Source: Nymphaea colorata (Eukaryota). From it: a DNA stretch of 64,000 bases. The notes beneath the pieces were generated by a model, which saw only the letters and a list, made by a program, of their open reading frames with translations, was not told the DNA's origin and searched no databases. How positions within the stretch are numbered: position 1 is the stretch's first letter; each line of letters opens with the position of its first letter. Shown here piece by piece: positions 1 to 15,104 of this stretch. The DNA is taken from contig NC_045138.2 in assembly GCF_008831285.2 (NCBI RefSeq), positions 186,001 through 250,000 of the forward strand, given 5' to 3'. The position numbers and the translations under genes are program-made.

Positions 1-740
1 CACTGAAAGCAACATCCAGTATCGCTTACCTAAGCTAAAATAAGTTTTATTTAAGCTTAGTAAGATAAGTGGTTGAGTGAGACATATTTAAACGATGGAA
101 TATATATATATATATTGGTAGAAACCAAACCAATCAGTCCTTTTAATATGATATTTAAAGTGTTTTTTTTCTAAAAAAATCTAAAATTACCCAATGGCGA
201 AGCCAAGGGGAACTTGGCAGGGGCTTTAGCCCCCCTCGAAGAAAAATTAGGTGTAAATTTAAAAAAAAAAATATGAAAAAATTTATTTCTGTTCATGTTG
301 AAATTTTGAAACTATAACTCAGTTTTCCTCATAAAAAATTTCACTTTACCAATAGATTGATGCAAAATGTATTTTGAGTTGATCATTTTTTAGGTTTTGA
401 TAGTGTTTTTATAATAACATAAACATTTTAATAATAAAAAAGCAAATATTTTTCATAAAAAAAACTTCATTCAAAAGCATGTTTTGTATCAAAATAGTTT
501 TTATAAATATATTAAGATGTTTATATTTTATTAAAAAAATAAAAGGTATATATATGCGTGTACGTGTGGTAATTGCCCACATGTGTCATGTGTCTCGCTC
601 TTGAAGAAGAGAACATTACTTTGTTGGCTACAGAGAAAGGGAAGGAGGAGCGAGTACGGCGCACAGTGACCGCCTGATTTGACAAAATCTGATGGCCATG
701 TGCCATTCATGAGATACGTAGGTTCCTCCATCCATGGAAG

Positions 741-778
<38 letters not shown>

Positions 779-1104
779 AAATAAAAAAGTTAGATAAATG
801 CACAAGTTATGGGCACATGTGCAAGAACAAAGATATATCACGTGAATCTTAACTTTATCCGTAAGAAATGTGTGTGCGATTTTAATGTTCCAAGAAAGGG
901 TTTGTCTCATGCACTGTCCAACAAATTTTTATTGCTCTCTGCCCATTTCATTTCAGTCACTAGCTCCCAGTAGTCAGTCAATAGCACCTCCCTACCTATC
1001 GAATCTTGCTTTATTTTCCTCGAATTAATGACAGAACCTTGAAAAAGAAAAACAACAAATTCAATAGCTTACCTACTCTAAAAGAAACCTATCAATACAA
1101 GGCA

Positions 1105-1152
<48 letters not shown>

Positions 1153-1553
1153 TCATCACAAGATCTTTGGGCATCGTAAGATGTCGATCTTTTAGACCAT
1201 TCAGTGGCATCCTTACGAAGCATGGGCAAGGAAGTGAACTGCAATTGCAAAAGATATCAAGGGGCTTTCATTCTTAAAAGCAATCACGTGTGTGCCTACA
1301 TGCATGCATTAGGTGCATGCTGTGAGATGCCAGAGGATTCCTCCGGCCACGGTGACTCTGAAGCTCACTTGTAACGGTCATCTGATTTATTGTGATGAAT
1401 GGTTAAGAGAAAAATAAGAAAATAAAGATGATGGGCACTTTCATTATCCTATATTAATTCACATATTTTTCTCTTTTTTGTTTCTCTCAACTGTCTATTA
1501 TAATGGATCAAAAGCCCTCATGAGTTACTTTGATTACCTTAAATAGCTAGTCA

Positions 1554-1620
<67 letters not shown>

Positions 1621-4600
1621 AAAAAGAGTGGAAACGGATCCACTTAACCTCCATAGCAGCACCTTTATGTGTGTAAGACACATAAAGAGACTACTAATAA
1701 TAATTACATCAGTGTTTTCCTCCCTCATCTCTTTCTTTAATGAGATTCAGTGTAGAGAGTGAAGAGAGTCAGTGAGGAAAGGGGTAAACATAGAACAAGA
1801 TTGGGAGTGAAGACCTAATCTCTGCATATAATGGCAGTCAAACGGGGAATGTAGAATGTAAAATGCCACAAGAAGAATTGCTTCCAGTGACAAAAATCTT
1901 TGACCTTTTAGACTGCCCGCGGGACTAAAGTTAAAGTGACAGAAAGCGAAAGATCATCAAGATATCCCATGCAAGCTTGGCTAGTAAAAAGACCTTTTAA
2001 ATCTGAATTACACATTTTCTTCTTTACAAAAACCAAATTGTAGGTCAGCCAATTTCCGAGACAAAAATGGCTACATTAACATATTGAAAAATCAACATGG
2101 ACTTTTAAGAATTGGAAATTCATATTTTCATATGCAAGCAACATTATGCGTCCATGTCGTTTAATTGCAACAGTATAGTATGTCTTCCATCCATGGCTTC
2201 CACAATATTAAGTGCTAAAAGAACTTTTTCCTGCAAAAACGAAAAACTTTTCAATCATATTCTAGTGATTCCCAATGTTTTCTCTTTCTCACCTTCCAAC
2301 GCAAGTGTCATGCACAAGTGGGCAGCTACAAGTACGAGAGAGAGGTCAAATAAAATTGAACATTCCTCGTGCAACCTGTAGGCCTGACAAGATAATGTCA
2401 GTTCATGCATAATGCTGCCGCTAAGATCCACCAACAGTTGAATGAAAAGTCAAGTCCTTCCACCCATAGATAAACCATGATCGTGCCGATGCAGACTGAA
2501 AATTGACCCTTATTTGCTCGTGCTCTCACCTGTAGATAACTTTCGTATTCCTGTTTACACCTCTTTCTAGTGCACACTTTCGACGTTTTCTTAAAGAATG
2601 TTCGGACACCATTAGTATCAGGATAACCACCACTTGTATAAGAAAATATTTACTGTCTAACATTATTACAGGAAAATATTTACTGTCTAACATTGTTACA
2701 GGAAACAATCTTCTGATATCGTCCCATATTCACTCCTGCAATTTCCTACACTTCTAAGTTGATGTAGAGCCAGAGACGCAAAGCAAGTGATTAATACAAG
2801 ACGTGCATATATTTTTTCCAGTTACGGTATGGAGAATTGCTCTTATTAATGATGAATAGAGACATCCACTGAAAAGTACGGGGTAACATGGTGTGCCATA
2901 CAGAGTGGGCTCGAAGTCAGTGTCATGCCTCTTCACTGAGACTCTGAATTGCGTGTTTGAATGGAAAAGCACGAATAGACAGTAGATTCCATCGCATGTT
3001 TAGCTGTCACCTGCACTGCTTTGACATCCACATGAATGGAAATAAGGTTACCTAGTGTTGCATGTGGCATCACCACCAGGGAGAACAGATGAGCCCCGTT
3101 GGCTTGTCACAGTTTACAGATGATGATCCACAAGATGGGAAGTGTGTATCCTTGAAAGTGTGCATGAAAATGCCATTCACCAGAAAATAAATGGGTTGAA
3201 TAGACTCCTTGTGAGACCCAACGGTCCCAACCAACAGTATGGACACAAATGTTAGTTACATTTACAAATAAATGACTGGTTGAGGTGGCAGTTTCACCTT
3301 TTTAAGTAATGTTAGTTTTAGAAACAAATTATTTATTTAAGAAAAAGAGACCCATACTTAGTAACTGAAATAACAGCGACATTTTTCAAGGCAAAAACTA
3401 ATAGTCTACAAACTAATGAGCACTAGAGTTTCAACTGCTTAGGTAAAGTAACCTCAAACAAGGTCTTTGCACTAAGAATGCCACGAACTTGAATTTCAAT
3501 TTCATTTGCTAAATAACAGGATTTTTGCACTCTGATTTCTTTCAATGCCATTTTCTTTATATAAATTAAAGATAACAGAATTCCAAGAACAAAAAAATGG
3601 TGTGGCTGTTCTCAAAAAGAAAACCAACATTCTAGAAGTATTTTTTCTCCAGCACCAGCGGTTCAGGAACTTATAATGGAATCCTGCCATCCTCCAGTTC
3701 TGAATTAGCATGACTTGCGAGTACCTCGGACTCCACATCGTCAACAACTTCTGCCGATGTGTCAGCATAAATCCAAGAACAACTGAGATCAAACCTGTTG
3801 AACTGAAAATAACAGTAGAAATTAACTTACCACTAAGAAACAACAAATAATATGTAAGATAACAATGTGTACCCACTTGTGAATAGAAAGCCTATCCACA
3901 GATTATGCTTTGTAGATAATTTTATTGCTAAAATAAGCAGAACCAGACATTCAAAATATGTGCAAACGTGTGCAAATGCTGGCCCGTGTAAATGTACATG
4001 TCTTGCACATATCTCTGTGTTTCTGTGTGTATGACAGGTAATTGCAAGCTAGTCATATTTTTTATCTCATTGTCAGTAAAGGAGAAACAGAGTGCAACTC
4101 AACATAGTATGGACATGATGCAAGGACACAGTAAAGGAATTAAAACGATGGGTTAAGTACATAACTTCATATAGACTCTAGAAGCAAAAAAAAAAAAAAT
4201 GCAAACCATTTAACAGCCATGTTTGAGCTTCCAGTGAGAAATAGAAGTGGAAAGACTAAAGAGCATTACAAAAGCTGACTGGAAAGATGAAACAAGTACA
4301 ATCCTTTTGAATAGAATGTGATTTTCTCGAATGAAATGGGCATCACAAGAAACACATACTTCATCAAAAGTCTGATACATCACGGACTAGGTTGAGAGCA
4401 GCTTATTCCAAAACAACTACATGTGGCCAGCAGAATGCTGGATCATAGATCTACGGTACTGATCTTGAACTCAGACAGACAGATCAAACTATACTGCAAG
4501 CTTATCCTACGAGGTATTCAGTCATTCAATATCCACATCAGCATCAAGCTAGTCTCAATTAAACTGTTAAAAGAAACTAACCTTATCTTCAATAGCTTCA

Positions 4601-7600
4601 TTAGGAACTGAACCGAACAACAATGCAAGTGATATTGTCAGTACTTCCCCTTGCAAAGGCTTCTTCTATCAGTTTTCTTGCAGCTGTTTCAGCTTCTGTT
4701 ATGTCTCGCACTACGGCAACTGCATCCTGGTCAAGATAGGAGCAGGGTAACAAAAAATTCAAAATTTTGGAGAGAAAGCAGACTCAGATGGCATAAAGTT
4801 TCATTCTGAAAAGACGAGATTAATAAGGATGAAAGACACACATTCAGACACTACTAGTAAAAATATGGACTCAAAACTACACACTCCTTAGAAAATGAAA
4901 CTAATGATTTACACCTGCAATAGATTCTTATATATGGAAAACTTAGCTTCTAGTTCAGCTCTTGCCCATAAATGTATTTACAGAAGTAATAAACACAGAT
5001 ATACTACCTAATAACTGCTGAAAAAAATATTATTAGTGCTTATAGCTTGTAATAAAATGCATCAAAATTCAATAACCCAATTTCAACAGGAGTTGACTGC
5101 TGGCAGCCTGCAAACAGAAGCCAATTATATGCATAACACGGCACAATTGAACACAACAAACTCTCAAGACATTAACCTTTTTCTTGTGAAATGAGTATGT
5201 TACTGCAAGAACTAAGATGCTACATTAAGAGAAATGGAAGGCCTCAGACGCTCAACATTAGGTAGCTACTACAAAATAAAACAATTACAGCAAAATGGCG
5301 AGGCTCAAAAGACAATAACACTGTTGAACTTTCCAAGTCCAAGGATCATTATGATACTTTACTAAAGAAAAAGGTCTCTGCATAGAAAGAATTTAGTATA
5401 ATACACAATGATACTGATTTACCCAACTTCCTCCTACACTGGAACATTTATCCATAAAAGATCAACTAACATAATTAAAGATCCTTGAGATGACACCTGA
5501 CTTGACTTCATAGAGAATGGGACATACATCAGCTTCAAACATTATGAAACCAACACCTTGGGAGAACAAATGGAAACAAATTAAAAGGATGCTTCCTTTT
5601 CCTTTCTGAGATTAAACAAAAAGAAGGAGGTGATTGAAGGATAGAAAGATGTGAGTTAAACTTTTACCAGTCAAATCTTCATCAACATCTAACAAAAGCC
5701 ATTCATCAAAACAATAACATAGAGTCCAGGATTATCCCTTCTTTGAAAGAAGAGATGATTTGGTTTGGTCATATTCTTTCAGTCAATTAGGACTATATTA
5801 ATGCCAAGAATGAGAACCAAAAGTACAGGCATCTAACTGTAATGTTTGAAGAGAAAAACTACTTGAGCAGACTGCAATTCCAAAAGCACCTGGCCAAGCC
5901 TGCCATATAATTGTAATGATACATTCTAGACAATGAAGCACTCAAATGGAATAAAGAGTCATGGTCTGACAGGATATGGCCTACCACTCAAACAGAAGAA
6001 AGAGTCAAGGTCTGACCGAATATAGCCTATCTAACAAGGCGTAATCAGGTTACGAAAAAAATTATCTAGATATTTAGGTCCTTCAAACCACTGGCCCATT
6101 TACTATCTGAAACCTGAACTTGGTTCAAGGCCATTACAAGCATAGAGATTGTAAAGAAAGATATAAGATTGCAAGATGACATAAGACAAACAATAAAAAG
6201 GAAAGAATGGAAAGGCATGATTCGTAGTGATGACTCCCTGCAGTTGGAAGTAGGCTCCATAATGATGAATGATCCAATTTATTTAGCTTTCCAAAATTGT
6301 CTTAGGTAACATAGGTTGGACCTTTAAGAGGATGTTGTCATGTACAGTTACATACTTCAAATTGAAAAGCCTAGATACATTATCATCATCATCACACCTT
6401 CTCCAATGATCCCATGCATGTGCCATCAGGTCTGCTAGAATCATGACAGAGAAACGACCTTTTTGGATTGACAAAACTTCAAGGTTGATATATTGGATTC
6501 ATAGGCATCAAAATATCCAAATCCAAGAACATAAAAATCTTAAGAAATCAATGATTACAGTGGTGGCATAATAAAAATAGAAGATCATTTGTTCCTCCAT
6601 GATGATAAATATTATCCGATTCCAAGAAAATAACCATCTTAAGCAATCACTGGCTATGATAATGTGTGACTATATTGGTGTAGATGCGTGCATGTGCGTG
6701 TGTGTGTGTCTGAGAGTGTGTGTGTGTGTGTGGCTGTGTATGAATGTGAGAGAGAGAGAGAGAGAGAGAGATGCCTATCTCAATGATGCTTACAATAAAG
6801 GCTTTTTATTGGCACTAGTGATAAGAATTTATCCATATGATATAGCATGTAGAAGAAACGAAAAGAAAATATTACCTCATTTGACATGACATTCCAGAGG
6901 CCATCACTCGCAAGAATAAGGAACTCAACATCATTGATGACTTCCTCCTGAGTACATCAAATTTGAAGATAGATAACTGTTTGAATTAGTATCAGAAGAC
7001 AATGAGAACATATAAACATCCATCACAAATAAACTAAAACACGTAAACCCATGAAAATGATTTAATAGAATGTGTTGATGATCACATAGTCCGGAATGAT
7101 GGCAAAGTTGGCTCACTTTCTATCTACATATTATAGTAACAAATATCAATTTTAAAGTTTCAACCATAGTCGCAAATAATGCCTCGGAGTTTTAAACGGT
7201 GAGGTTTTTCTCGGGTATAATACGGCGAGCTTGAAAAAAACGAGAAAAAAAATGGGAAGAATATGGTAAATTTTTTAAAATTTAAAAAAACTAAAAATTG
7301 GGAAAAAATAAAATACGTGAAAAACTAATAACACAAATATCAAAAGATAAGTAGATTTGCAACAAATAAAAAATAGAAAAAAAAAACTGTTTGGCATTAA
7401 AAAAATAAAAAAGTGAAAAAAACGCAAAAAAAAGAGTAGTTTTTAACATATTTTTAAAAAAAAACATGTTTTTTTTTAGTTTTAAACGGCCATTTGATTT
7501 ATCGCGTTTTTTTAGTGAAAAAACACGTTTTCTGCGAATATGGTACCAACCACATATCAGCAAGGTGAGAAGCCAACTTAGTGTGTGTTTTAAAGTTTAA

Positions 7601-10600
7601 ACATTAAATAATTTACAAAATGCACACAACAAACTGAGCAAGGAAAATTTTTACAAAGAAACAAGCAAAACATCATAAAACAGCTAAAAGATATAGAGAG
7701 GTAAAAAAGTTGGAACTATCATGAACTTGTGCATTATAAACAACCATCAATATTACTATAAAATTGTTTTCAAGTGTCATTATGTTTGCCTTCAATATTC
7801 TTTGGCTAAAAATCAATTTTTATAAATGTGTTTTCTACAGGAGACTGGAAAGATACATGACTATGCTTTAGACTCAATAGTCTTTTTCTATAGATACCAG
7901 ATTCAGTAGAATTTTCTGGTGACAATTAGAAACAGCAATTATAAGTCCTTTCATAAGTTCACTAATGAGAATGACAATATATCCATTTCATGACAATAGT
8001 TAAACCAAGACAATTCTTGACCAGTTATATTATTATCCAATGCAAATTCATATTCATATGAAACTAGAAAGAATCACTAGGTTATCAAAATGCTTAGAAC
8101 TAACACCCCAAAAATTTAGTCTCATGTTGAAGATTATAAGGGATCTTCAACGGCTTATAAAAGGGGTTATTAAATAAGTGGTTGTCATGATTCCTAGCCG
8201 TTTTTGAGTTAGAACCGAAACTGCTAGGGGGCAGATTGGGATCCGTTGAACCAGGGGCCTGAGTCCACGAGTGGGTCGGGTTGTTATAGTGGCATCAGAA
8301 CTGGTTCAACACTCGGACCTAGGGTCCCACACGTATTGACACCTGTGCCTTTAAGGGGGTTATTAAATATATGGTTGTCCTGGTTCCTATCCATTTTTGG
8401 GTTAGTACCGAAACAGTTAGGGGGCGGGTTGAGATCCGTGGAACCAGACGCCCGAGTACAGGAGTGGATTGGGTTGTTACACTAAGAATCAAAAGAATGG
8501 GGATATAGGCACAAATTAAACTGAAAGTTCATGATTTAAAGATCACAATATCCAACATTGGCACTCTTTGTCCAAAAATCATACAGAAATGCAACTATAA
8601 AATCACTCTATTGTGCACATATAAGCACATAAATGTTGCCCAAAATTTCTAGTCACCACAGAAATTTTTATAATAAGATAATTCCCAAAAAATCAGAAAA
8701 CGTCAAGTGTTGGGAGAAAGGAACCTAATGAAATACCTTAATTTCTGGATCAGCAACAACAAATTGTTTCAGTAGTCTATCTCCAAATGCACGAGAAACA
8801 GCTAAAACGCCTCCAACCCTCCACGTTCCTAAAAGTTAAAACATTTCATGATGACATTGGGATAAAAGCAAGTAGAAGGCTTTCACATGCAATCAACATG
8901 TGAGAAAAGAAGCATTCACAAATTAAGCCTACAAAATAATATACCTGCCCAAATTATAAATCCTCCAGCATCTTCAATTCGACGTCGTTCATCAGACCTA
9001 TTAGGTTTGTGATCAATAGACAGGGGAATAGCTAAGGCATGGTACAGATGATGAAGAAAAACGTGGATACACAGGAAAAAAAAAAAAGAAGGTTAATGTC
9101 ATCATAGACTGTAAATACTGGAAAAACATATACAAATTACTGGAGCTGCAGAGTACAAGTATATTCCCAGACTTTGGCAACGAAGATTAATACTGATAAA
9201 CAAAAGCACTCAAGCCAAGAACTTGAATCATTAATTTTATGAATCCTTTTCTAATAAATAATCAAATCTATAAACAAGATGAATTACGAAGACATAGTTC
9301 TAGCATAAGCATTCTGACTTGTTTGACAAAATTTATCTTGTTCACACTTTCCAAGTTCATACATGTAAAGAGAAAATACTATATGTAAAAGAAGCAGCAC
9401 GAATAACAAAGAAGGTAAGAAGATAGAAACTTTTACATGTTTACAAGACAATCATTTGATGAACTGCATCCCACAAAACCTAAGCTGTTAAACAGCTAAA
9501 GGTTTAGGCACAAAGCCTGGACTGAGAGAGCTAGCAAAAACATCATGGCGAATAATAGAGAAGCTTAATAATAAAAGAAATCAATAACCTTTTAGGACTT
9601 TGCAAAATTGATCTTACTAGTGATGGTTATCACCATGAATTTTTTTTCTTCTTTTGTTGGCCCGTAGCACACGATTCCAAATGTCAAGTTCGATCTTATC
9701 AGATTTTTTCACTTTTTTTTAAAAAAAAAATGCCAATATTTGTGGCAGTAACTCATAGAAGATTACTCAAGCAACAGAAAATAAGATTGTCATATCATTT
9801 TGGAGCTTATTCTAAGCACAAAAAACTAATATAAACCGCATTCAGAATTTTTACCTGCCCCAGATCTACTTGCAACCACCCTTGAGTCTCCCACATTAGC
9901 GACAAGAAGTCTGTCACCCAGCAGAACAGCTGTTGTTGCAGTTGAACCAGCATCTCTATGCTGGCCCTTTTCCCTGTTAAGGTAATTTGAATCTGTTTCC
10001 TTGAACGTCTCAACTGCAAGGGAATATTTTGCAAAGTTAAAGAAATGATCAGCACAGAAAGGAAACCACAAACGTATGAAAATAATATACAGTTAATTGC
10101 AGACCAATAGCTGACTTTGTGTCTTTGAGGAAGTTGGGGTGATGAACCAAATTATTGAAAAGGTTGAGCTTCAAATACTCAGCAGCTCCTGGACCTCCAT
10201 GTCCTGCAACAAAGACAGCACTAGTAGCATCAAACAGAGCACCTTAGACAGATCAGCCACAGTGGCCACTATCAAACCAAACTACTCCAACAAGCTAAGT
10301 AGAAGCTTATTTCCAAGATCAAGCAATCATTCTGAACAAAAGTAACCAAGAGAAGCTCAAAAACTTGCATCTTGTGATTTTCCAAAAATACTAATACAGT
10401 AACATGCATATACATGATGCATAAATGCTTACATGTTTTTTTCCTTCTTTTCAGAAGTCCAGAAAGTGTCAAAGGATACACAAGTTTTTTATTCTAGTCT
10501 TCTTCATCTTTCTCTATTTGCTTGTTTAGCCTCCCCACTCAAATTATTCATGGATTGCTCATTTCTCAATTTTGTATGATTTTGTTACTTACTAGCAGAT

Positions 10601-13600
10601 TTCTTTAATGCAGTTGTACCTCGAGGTTGCATTCAGGTATGCTCTAGCAGTGAATGTTACAGAACTAGAAGTCATTCAAAACTTTTTCCTCTATGTGCCT
10701 GAACTCATTAAGCTCAAACCCAATAAAAAGCTTACTAACAAAACCAAATGAAGGTTCAAATAAGCCAGCGTTGAAAGAAATGAAGTTGAGCAAGGATTTA
10801 GAATTACAGTTGAAAATGAAGGGATTAACATACTTCATGAATATCAGATACAGCTTGGTTTTGACTTTTGATCAATAAAAGAAATGAAAAATGGCATTTA
10901 AGCTTGATCTAGTTTCAATTTTTTACTGATAAAGGGCATTATGACATGAAGTAGATACTAGAGAGACCATACTCAGCGGCTTTTATTCATCATAATCTTA
11001 AAGTTCTACCTCACAAACATGCATTTCACTATTCTAATTACCGAATTTTGCAAACCTTATCACCAGTTTCCCAACTTAGACCAAAGTAAGATTAATGTGC
11101 ATCCATGCATACACACAAACATGTATGCATATATAACATTATGCACTGGCTACACCTACTTCCCATTCAAGTCTCGTGAACCTGATCTAGACAGAATCAC
11201 AATAATTTGGGAAGGAGAAAAGAAGCGCAAATTCTCTTATACATGGAACCTAACATTTTCCAAAAGAAGGTAGCAAGTGGATCCAATCAGATTCAATACA
11301 TAGGTTAAGAAACATATACGCAGACTAGGTGTACCATAACTTCATATTTACATACATGAAGACATATATTCACAAGGGAAGTCTATTAAGCTAATGCTAT
11401 TTCTCATTCTTATGAGCTATAAAAAGCAACATACCTTTCTTTATATCATATATGGAAGATAACAAGGATATTTCTGAAGTATCTTATTAATCTTCTACAG
11501 ATGTCCAAGCATTGAAAAGAAGAAATTTTAAATCTTTGTGGCAACCAAATTAAGTTTGTTGCTCACTCTCCTGGAAAACAAAGGCACGTATTACAGGAAT
11601 ATGCGGATATACCATCAAAAACACCAAAAAATGCAACCATCTGGCCATCGATGTCTGATACTCTTGTCTCATAGAAGTCTTCCATGGATGCCCTTTTCCC
11701 TTTAAAACTAGAATAACCATAGCTGAAACTCCCATTACAATTTCCAGTGAGGAAGCTACAACAGAAAGGGGAAAAATTATATTAGAAATTTAGGAATCAA
11801 TAAATTCTAACTCTTAAAAGAAAAGATTAAGCCTCCAAAACAAGTCACAATACCATCTATTTATTGGTAGCCTCAGGAACAGCTACCTAAGAAACAGAGC
11901 TGCCAACCTCAATCAAGCTACATTCAAATGAATCATATGTATCCACATGTCCCACAAGCTAGCGAACTCAAACAATGTACAAAACAAATGAAAGTTTCAA
12001 TGTGTTAATTCACACTATTTAGTTACTTACGGTATAAAAGTCACCAGTAAATACATGTTAGATCTTCATGTACCGCCTATGTCTTTCCGGAGAGATCTGA
12101 TTAACTTTGAACATACACTACAACGATCGTTATGTACCAGATATCAGTCACAAGTGATTCACTTCCTTTATCCATTTACTATATCAAACTAAAACCTAGC
12201 AAAGGAGCTTACTCCATCTCAGTGTATCATTGGTTAAACACTCAATAGAAGGTGCTCATGTAACCTTTTACCACAAGTTCTTATTTCTAACAGAATGTTC
12301 TCTACATAATTCCCATTTGACTCATTACACATGCTATAGCAATTCATTTTTTTTTTTCTGTCTGAACATAGAATATAAAAGTTGTTAGCTTTGGGAAATG
12401 CCCAATGAAAGATTTTTGGGTATTTCATCCTTAACAATTTAATTAAGTTTACATGATAATACTGTGTTGATATTTCCTTTTGAATGCAGGAAACTATTTT
12501 CTTCAAAGAGAAGGAATATAGGTAGCAAAAGTTCCAAAATAAGGTGTTAAAGGTGGACATTTTTAGGATGTTCACTTTTGTTACATAGCTGGAAAAAAAC
12601 CAGTTTCAGAGCTGCCATATACTATACAGCAAGCACATCTTACAACACTTGTCCACTTAGGTCATAGGAGAGGACATGAAATGCCACTGCTAAAAACCAT
12701 GTCCATAATCTTTTTTCAATAGCTTTCCCTTTGTCTTTTACCAATAGACTTCAGTCTTGGCCTTCGAAAACTGCTAGTTGCAATTTTTAGGGTGACATAT
12801 CAGTTACTAAACTGATAAGAAAATATTGATTATTCCCTGATTCTTGAATCTGCATGTTGCTCCTGTTGTAAGAACATAGACTGTTTATTGCGACATTTTT
12901 CTCAGGTATTTTTGAGTAAAGTTCTTTTTCCTGGGAAAATTCTAGAGGATTCAAAAAAACTAAACTAATATATAAAACACTACTAAAAAATTTATAGTTT
13001 TCTACTAGATCTCTTTAAGAAGCAGCAATGAAATTGTCAGAGCAGTTTCTAAGATGGTAAAAGAAACAAAGAAAGGGAAAAAATTTCAAATACATTAAGA
13101 AAGAGTTTTTAAAAAGAAGGAAAGTAGTGATATTATTGTGACAACGTCACAAATTTTTCATTTCTGTGATACTGTCAACTATGCAATATTTTGCCTCTCC
13201 CTGCTTTGTCGAAGATCCTCTCTTTTAAACAAAGGGAGCCCCAGAGAGCGGGGGACAGCTGGGACTTAGCCACTTGGGAGCCACAAGTCCTTTTGAGTGA
13301 TAGATATACTCTTTGATATGTATTGAAGCAGCATTTCCTACAGACAAATCTCTAATATATAAATTTTTCCCCAATTCCAACGTATGCTGAAAGCTAAAAG
13401 AAGATATAGTGATAGAGACTATTTTACACCTTTGCGGGACATAGATGCCAAACTACAGAAAATACATCCAGAGTCCCGAATTCCATTTTGAAACAAGGTG
13501 AATGGGATAGGGAACTAGGTCAATCTGTGAGGGAGTATTAGGAATGGCAGCAAAAAAAGTGGAAGACAGGCTTTTCCTCCATAAAAAGGAGATGCAGCAA

Positions 13601-14730
13601 AAGGAAAGGTAAGATAACTCAATCTCAATTCTCAAATTCCAACATGAAAGGAAGCAACAGCAGCCAGATGCCATTCGCTAGTTTCACAATTATCGTGGTT
13701 AAACTTTAAATGGGTGTTGTGAACCACTTGGAAACGATGCAACTTCTGGCAGTTATAACATCGGAAAAGCCTTAGTAAGCTTATTTTACTAACCCGGTGT
13801 TTCACCATAATGTCATAATAATCTACCTTCCTGACCATGCTTTATAACAGGAAAAAAAGAAAATACCATGTAGACGATGTGTGGGACAAAGCAAAACCAG
13901 CAAAGAATTATATTAACATATTCAGAGCTCAAGTGCCGTTTACTAATTCATCACAACCACAATAAAAGGTGGAGCCAATTATTATCATCCTCGTCATGAC
14001 TACAGAACTTAACAAAACTATGGCATTATTTCAGGATTTCAAATGGACACCTCATTTGTACCATCAGACAATAAGAAAGAGCGTCATTAATGTGGCCGAC
14101 CCCCATTAAAATAAATCCTTCTCTAAACACATTAATATAAACTTTTATTATATCGCATGTATATATCAAATATTTTCCTTAAAACCCGCCAACTGGACTA
14201 ACTTCCAGACCTCATCTAAATCATGGGGAGCAAAAGATTCATCAAATAATAAAGTCCAAGCTCCAGGGAATACATTTGTGTCCATCAAAATGTCTATTTC
14301 TCGCATTCCAAATCCCAACCATCAAGCTCGTTCGAATATGCAGGAGGCTACAAATCATTTCCGGCAAGAAACTGAACCGATTCCACTCATCCAAGCCGAT
14401 CCAAGTTACTACACGAAGAACCACGTTGTTCCCAATCTTTCTGCTTTTTTGTTACGCAAAAACGCGCTTTCATTCATGTCAGCATTTCGATCTTAATTGC
14501 CGTACGACCCATGTTAAAGAATCCATTCATTCTCAACATCAAAATAAAGGTACTGTAAGCAAAAAAATCTAATAAATCGCAACAGTATTCATCGATTGGT
14601 AGCAAACTAAAAGATACCAACTACAGAAAAACACCACAAGAGAAGGATCCTTGAAGTAAACAGGAAGAAGGAGAAGAAGAAACCTGATTCCTCCGCCACT
14701 GGTGAGAAAATCGGGGTCTATCGTCATCAT
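4601..14730 (-). CDS. Protein phosphatase 2C (PPM family, clade-F type, At1g43900/PP2C11-like), spliced, about 274 aa from Met at 14730
   Basis: Hand-spliced exons with GT-AG boundaries and consistent phases: 14730-14684, 11755-11613, 10203-10105, 10013-9855, 9031-8945, 8828-8737, 6947-6876, 4726-4601 (TAA). Translation: [126 protein letters not shown]. All canonical PP2C metal-binding motifs (MED, DGHG, GDS, SDGLW, DNIT) are present. Confidence 0.95.
7165..7542. mobile_element. hAT-type MITE in a PP2C intron
   Basis: Imperfect TIRs CATAGTCGCA...TGCGAATATG, A-rich body, 8-bp flanks gtttcaac/gtaccaac (6/8 match). Confidence 0.55.
8168..8481 (+). mobile_element. TRIM (terminal-repeat retrotransposon in miniature) in a PP2C intron
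   Basis: Two 121-bp direct repeats (8168-8288, 8361-8481) ending GTTATA/GTTACA. The 72-bp internal region begins with PBS-like TGGCATCAGAAC (cf. tRNA-iMet TGGTATCAGAGC) and ends in PPT-like AAGGGGG. The left repeat may start at TGTTGAAG (8125). No TSD found. Confidence 0.7.
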
Positions 14731-14916
14731 TCCCTCCTCATTCAATCTGGACAAGGGGAGAGAGAGGCAGGGAGAGGGGAGAGAGAGACAGAGAGAGAGA
14801 GCTCTCTCTCTCTCTCTCTGTCTGAAACTCCGGAGGGAGGAAGGATGGTGCCCAACCACGTTCGGGGAAGAGAAAGGGTCGACCAGAGAGGGGTGTTTCC
14901 CTTTAAAAGCCGTTAC

Positions 14917-15104
14917 CTCGGGTCGAGATCGAGAATCGAGATCCAGACACCTGCACCAAAATCGAGGTCAAAATTTCCCACCAAGCACCTGCAAGCCGCA
15001 TAGGCTCGGGATCGGAACCAAACGTGGACCATCGAAATTCCCAGCTCAATCGCCACCTCTTCAATTCCATGTAGGCCAAATTTTGGATCTAACTGCTGAA
15101 ACAT
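14917..15104 (-). CDS. Candidate upstream exon of the PP2C gene (N-terminal extension or 5' UTR exon)
   Basis: Donor CCGAG|GTAACG at 14917/14916 and pyrimidine-rich acceptor ttgtccag| at 14747/14746. Splicing joins the open frame MFQQLDPKFG..ILDLDPR to [11 protein letters not shown] in frame. Confidence 0.5.

Noticed and set aside
2643..2705. 30-bp tandem duplication (similar small ones at 22101-22170, 48138-48220 and 48533-48595)
   Set aside because: Ordinary local slippage duplications with no further structure.
521..3876. Short ORFs left of the PP2C gene
   Set aside because: Microsatellite-derived or random frames with no domain or consistent exon chain.
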